A stretch of DNA of 63,445 nt, the filler included, from Patellaria atrata CBS 101060 (taxonomy: Eukaryota), in NCBI GenBank assembly GCA_010093705.1. It is 9 parts of 9 records of this genome, joined end to end, with 100 filler letters (N's around TTAATTAATTAA, not from the genome) between each part and the next. Parts side by side here need not be neighbours in the genome. Positions count along the whole stretch, not along the records: positions 57,103 to 60,911 come from MU006143.1; positions 61,012 to 63,445 come from MU006145.1; 7 more parts are not named here. One strand, 5' to 3'. The notes beneath the pieces are model-generated. The model had not been told where the DNA came from. It was given only the letters and a program-made list of their open reading frames with translations, and did not search any database. The translations under genes were made by a program, and so were the position numbers. Positions 57,285 through 63,445 of the stretch are shown here, piece by piece. Position 1 is the stretch's first letter; every line of letters starts with the position of its first letter.

Positions 57285-60200
57285 TAATAAATAAAAAAAA
57301 AGAAAATAAAAGAATATTATAATTAAATATAAAAAGAAAATAATAAAGATTATATAAAAATAAAATTAAAGAAATTCGATAAATTTTAATTAATTATAAT
57401 AAAAGAAGTAAAAGAAATATTTAATTTATTTAAAAAAAAATATTTTATAAATAAAGTATATTTATAATATAAAGAAATAAAATATTTTAAAAGAAATTAT
57501 TTATAAAAAATATAGTTATTATTATAATATAATTATTATATATAATTTAGAATTATTTTATATTATTATTATAAATTTTATTCTTTAAAAAAAAAGAGAT
57601 TAAAAATATATTATTATTATATTAAATAAAAATAAATAGATTATTAATATTATTTTTAATAATAGAGAATTAATTTAAAAAGAAAATATTTTAATAATAT
57701 TTAAATAATTAATAATATTAAATATATATATATATATAATATTAAAATATCTAATATAAAATTAAGATTAAAAAATTAAAAAATAAATATTTAATTAATT
57801 AAATTTTATATATTAAATTATAATATAATAATAATAATTTAAATAAAAGTTTTAAGAATAAAAATTAATTATATCTAAATTTAATATTAACGCGATTATT
57901 AAAAAATAATAGTTAAATTTTATATTAAAGATAAATAAGTATTTAATTTTATAATAAATATAATATAAAGAGAATAATTATTTATATTATAAATATTTTT
58001 ATAAAAAATAAAAATACTTTAAAATAATAAGAAAATATTAAAATTTATTATTAAATATATAAAAATTTTAAATAATATATAATAAAAAATATATAATATA
58101 ATTATTATATTATATAAAGATAAAAAATAAAAATTAAAAATAATTTAAATTATAATATAAATATTAAATAAGAATATTAAAAGTTTAAATATATAAAATA
58201 TTATAAAGATTTATATTATAATAAATATAATAAATTATATTAAACTATATATATAAAACTTAATTATTTAATATATAATTATATAAAAAAATTATTAAAT
58301 TATTTAAAATAAAAATAATTAAAAAATATAACTTTTAAATTCTTTAAAACTTTTTAAAATAATAATAAAATACTTTAAATAAATATTATTATATATAATA
58401 AAAGAATAATAATATTAATTAATAATAATATTATTAATATATTTAATTATTAAGAGTAATATATTATTAAGAGTAATAAAATTTTTTAAAACTATTATTT
58501 TATTTTAAAAATTATTAACTTTATTATTATTAAATAAAGAATATATAAAATCTATATTTATATTAAATTTAAAAGACTCTTTTAAATTCTTTTTATATAT
58601 TCGAGTATTATATTTAGTCTCTTTATAATTACTATAATATTATAAAATTAATTAAATTATTTTATAATTATTATTATTTTAAATCTTCTTTAATTATTAA
58701 AATATTATAAATATTTTAATAATTATTTATATTAATATTTTATTATATTTTATTATATTATTATATTAAATCTATTTCTTTTTATAAAATTTTTATTTAA
58801 TTAATCTTTATAATTACTTTTTAAATTTATAAATATATATATTTTTAAATAAATTTTAATATAATATTAATTTAATATTCTTAATAAATTAAAAGAGATT
58901 AATTTAAATTATTATAAATAATTAAATAAAGAATTTATTTATAAACTTTAATTATAATCTAAATTTATATATATTATTTAAAGTCTTTAATTATTATAAT
59001 ATCTTTAATAGTAAAGATTATAATAAAATATATAAATATATTTTAAGATAATCTAATATTATTATATATTAATAGAAATAAAATTTAATATTTTAAAAAC
59101 TTTATAATAATTATTCTCTATAAATATATTAAAAAAAATATTTTTAAAGATTAATAAAAAATCTTTCTTATTAATATAAAAAATATATTAAAGTATTAAA
59201 TCTTAAATATATTAAAAGTATTTTAACTTTAATAGTAAAAAGTAAATTATATTAAGTAATTAAAGAATATATAATAAATAAATTAATATAAAAAATATAT
59301 AAATATTATATTTAAAATAATAATCTTTAAAATTCTAATTAAGATAACTTTTATAATTATCTAAAATAAAAAGTTAATATATCTCTATTTAATATATTTT
59401 TATATACGCGTTAAAATACTTTAATTATTTAAAATTAAATATATTATTTATTTAATTATTTTTAAAGATTAAAAACTTTTAATTATATAATATATTTATC
59501 TTTTTATATTATATAAAGATATAAATATAACTTTTATAAATAATAAAGAATAAAATTATATATTCTATAATATAAATATTTTAAATAACTATAATTCACT
59601 TTTAATTATCTAGTTAAATAATATTAAATTTTATATATTTTTTAAATTTTATTATAATCTTTATTAATTTAATTATATTTATTTAAAAGCTAGTTTTATT
59701 AAAATTATAAATATTATTATTATAAATATTATATTTAATTTTTATCTCTTTAATAAATATAAATTACGCGTTAATTATTTTAAAATTTTTTTATAATATT
59801 TTTTAATAATTTTTTAGTTAAAAATTATTTTAAAATTATTTTAATATATTATAAATTCTTTAAATTAATATTTCTTTATAAACTTTTTATTTTATATAAT
59901 TAATAGTTTATTTATTATATTTATTACTTTATATAATTATAATATAAACTCTTATAAATTAAAATTAAAAATATATTAAATAATTATTTACTTTTTAATT
60001 ATAATAAATTTATAATAATTAATAAATATTTTAAATTAAAATTAAATTCTTTTAATATATTTAAAAAGAGTATAATAATTAACTTTAAAAATTAAAATAA
60101 TAGTTTAATAATTTTAAAATTATTTAAAATTATAAATTTAAAAAATAAATTAAAATTTTCTTTTATTTTAATATAATAATATATTATATAATTAAGATAT

Positions 60201-60610
60201 ATTTAAATAATAAAGAAAATAATAATTTTAAAAAATTTTATTACTTTTAATAATATATTATTTTTAATAATTAATTATATTAATTTATTTATTTTATTTT
60301 AATAAATAAAAAAGAAAAGTATATTTTATATAAAATTTAAAAACTTAATTTTATTTTAATTAAAAAATAACGAAAATATAGAATATAAATAAAATTTAAT
60401 TAATTTAAAAATTATATTAATAAAAATTAATATATAAAGAAAAATAATTATTTAATATATTTTTATAATTAATTATAAAAATATAAATATAATTTTAAAA
60501 ATAATTAATTATAAATAATAAATTTAAATATTAATTAAAAGATAAAAAGAATTTAAATTAATTAAAATATTTTAAAAAAATAAAGTTAAATATATAAAAT
60601 ATATTAAATA
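57285..60610 (+). mobile_element. RIP'd family C internal region interrupted by a DNA transposon
   Basis: 57285-58436 matches about 5115-6617 (with a deletion), and 60281-60610 matches about 6617-6950. Confidence 0.72.
58437..60280 (+). mobile_element. RIP'd pogo/Fot1-like (Tc1/mariner superfamily) DNA transposon, 1844 bp
   Basis: About 60-bp terminal inverted repeats containing a 17-bp-period internal direct repeat; TA duplication at 58435-58436 and 60281-60282; empty site near 6615. Transposase motifs are only faintly recoverable. Confidence 0.68.
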
Positions 60611-60911
60611 ATATAAAATATTATCGAGTATTATATATTATTAAATATTATAGAATTTCTTAATATAAATAACTTATTATAAAGAATATTAAATTAATTA
60701 TTATTAAATAGAAAATTTATATAATTTATATTTATATTAAATTTAAATATCTCTTTTAAATTCTTTTTATATATTAAAGCGTTATATTTAATTTTTTTAT
60801 AATTTTTATAATATTATAATATAGTCTATAAACGAGCGATATATATAAATAAATAATATATTTTTCTATTTTATTATAATTTTTAAATTTAATTATATAA
60901 TTATAATTTAA
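60611..60911 (+). mobile_element. Left end of a second, related pogo/Fot1-like element
   Basis: Starts after TA in the C host, has a 17-bp-period subterminal repeat, and 60700-60820 resembles 58525-58645. Confidence 0.5.
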
Positions 60912-61011
60912 NNNNNNNNNNNNNNNNNNNNNNNNNNNNNNNNNNNNNNNNNNNNTTAATTAATTAANNNNNNNNNNNNNNNNNNNNNNNNNNNNNNNNN
61001 NNNNNNNNNNN

Positions 61012-63445
61012 TTAATTTTAATAATAAAATTATTTAAATTTTTAATTATAATTTATTAAATATTTAAATAATTTTTATATATTATTTATATATTTATAAT
61101 CTTTTTATTTTATTAAATATTTATACTAATTATCTATTTATTATAAATTTAAAATTTATTTTATTTTATAAATATTTTCTTTTTTAAGTTTTATAGATTA
61201 TATTTAAAGTTTAATATTAATATATATTAATTTTAAAAGTAATATATAGAAAATTAAATATATCTTTATTTTTTATAATAATTTTAATTTATAATTAACT
61301 TTTCCTTTAATTTATTTAATTTTAAAAGAATTAATTTTCTTATAATTTAGTTTTTTATTAAATTATTTTATTTTAAAATTTTTTTATAATAAATAAACTT
61401 TATTCTCTTTTTTAAAAATTAATTTTAATAATTTATATTAATTATTATATTTTATAATCCTTATTATTTAGAAAGTTATATTTTATAATAATTATATATA
61501 TAATTCTTTAATTTATTTAACTTTTAATATTATTTTTTATAAAATATTTTAAATTATTTTTAACTTATAATATACTTCTAATTTAAAACTATAATTTATA
61601 TAAAAGAATAAAATTTTTATAATATTAAATTTCGCGTTATTATATATAAATTATATTATTAATAGTAATTTTATTTAATTATTTTATTAATAATTTATAT
61701 AATTATATAAATATTATTTTAAAGATTAATTTATTCTTTTAATTTAATTATCTATTTATAGATAGAAACTCGTTAATAATATATAATTTATCTTTAAACT
61801 CTATATTAAAGTCTATTAAAATATTAATTTAAATAGTTTATTTTTATTTAAAATAATCTCTTTTAATATTTAATAATTTATTAATATTATTTTTATTATT
61901 AATACTATTATTTATAGTATTATTATTATTATCTTTATTAATATAAAGTAAATAAACTTTATTAATTATTTTATAATAATTAATATTATATTTTATTTTA
62001 TTTTTATCGCTAAATCTTTAAATCTTAATAAATTTATAATAAAGTCTATTATTATTAAATTTTATATTTATTTTAATAATTTAATATATTATATCTATTT
62101 ATAAAATATATATTTTATACTTTTATTTTATATATAATTATTATATTTTAATATAATTTATTTTATTATACTTTTTATTTTTAAGAAATAATAATTTCTT
62201 AAAATTCTTTTTAAAATTTTATTAATATTTTAATAATTATATATTAATATTTCGTAAATCTTTTTAATAAAAGTCTTTTATAATATTATTAATATATATA
62301 TAAATTTATTATATAATTATATTTCTTAAACTATTTATATTACTTTAAAATTATTATCTTTTTAAAACTTTTTTATTATATTATCTTTTTAATAAATATT
62401 ATAAATTTATTATTCTTTTATAAATTTAATTATTAATATTATAGTTAATTTTAATTAATTATAAATAATTATATTATTTTCTTTCTTTAATATTATATTA
62501 TATATTAATTTTATTTTTTTTAAATAATTAAATCTTTTATTTATAATATTAGTTAATTTATTTTCGATTTTTAATCTATAAAATATTTTAAAGTTAAAGA
62601 ATATAAGTATTTTTATTTATTTTATTTATCTTTAATTTAACTTCTTTATTATAAGAAAATTTATTAAATTTTAATAATCTAATTAAATTTTTATAATATA
62701 CTTAAATTCTTTAAAATATAATCTTTATTATTTAAATATATCGATAATTATTAATAATTCTTTATTATATATATTATAGTTTAACTTTATAGCTATAAAT
62801 TTTCGTGAATAAAAGATTATTAAATATAATTATTCTTTTTTATTTAACTAATTTATATATATATTTAATATATAATTAAATATATTAATTTTTAATATTA
62901 TTAATTTCTTTAAATTAAATATAATTAAGATAAATATTATAATAAACTTCTTCTTAAATTTATTAAATATTTTCTATATTTTTTCTATTTAAATAAAGAT
63001 ATTTTCCTTCTTTATTAATTTTAATAATAATATTATTATCTTTAAATATTTTTAGATAAACTTTTTATAATAATTTATAAAATTTAAAAATAATTATATA
63101 TTTTTTATATTCTTTAATATTAATTAATTTTAAATTATAATTATCTTTTTTAAATCTATTTATATATCTTTAATAATAATAATAAAGTTTAGAAATTTTA
63201 TTTCTTTAATATAAAATTTATATTTATTTAAATATATTAAAAGTTTTTTCTCTTATAATTTTATTAATATTTTCTTTATATACTTTTTATATTCTTTAAA
63301 TATTTTATTTATATATATTAGTATATTATTTAAATAAATAATTATAAATATATTTAAATATTCTTTTAATATATAATTAATTATTACTTAAAATATTATT
63401 AAAATATTAATTAAATTAAATAATATTATTATATATTTATATAAT
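61012..63445 (-). mobile_element. RIP'd family C pol (RT end, RNase H, integrase)
   Basis: Minus strand reads YLNNILIY (from YLDDILIY, about 63310-63335), FYSRKF..LNYNIYNKELLIII (RNase H, about 62740-62818) and LLTSFYL*IDN*IKRIN* (from LSTSFHPQTDGQTERTNQ, about 61725-61780). Confidence 0.85.

Overview
This window is not contiguous genome. It is a concatenation of nine fungal contigs or scaffold pieces joined by artificial 100-nt linkers (N44-TTAATTAATTAA-N44). The 28S rDNA fragment looks Eurotiales (Penicillium-like). Apart from that 2.9-kb unmutated rDNA piece, the window is almost entirely nested transposon relics showing repeat-induced point mutation (RIP), ranging from lightly hit to nearly pure A/T. 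Three Ty3/Gypsy LTR-retrotransposon families can be resolved. Family A has a 272-bp LTR. Family B has a 198-bp LTR and one full-length chromodomain-bearing copy at 30934-37381 with a 5-bp TSD. Family C has a 525-640-bp LTR, and its RT, RNase H and integrase motifs are readable after mentally reversing RIP. There are also two probable pogo/Fot1-like DNA transposons and one unidentified RIP'd segment. No intact host protein-coding gene is present. The most interesting signals are an expanded palindromic hexamer array in a young family-C solo LTR, an identical 10-nt self-priming PBS/LTR pair shared by families A and B, a conserved -1 frameshift cassette, and a RIP-age layering of nested insertions. 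I see no convincing wholly new system. Family labels A/B/C are my own.
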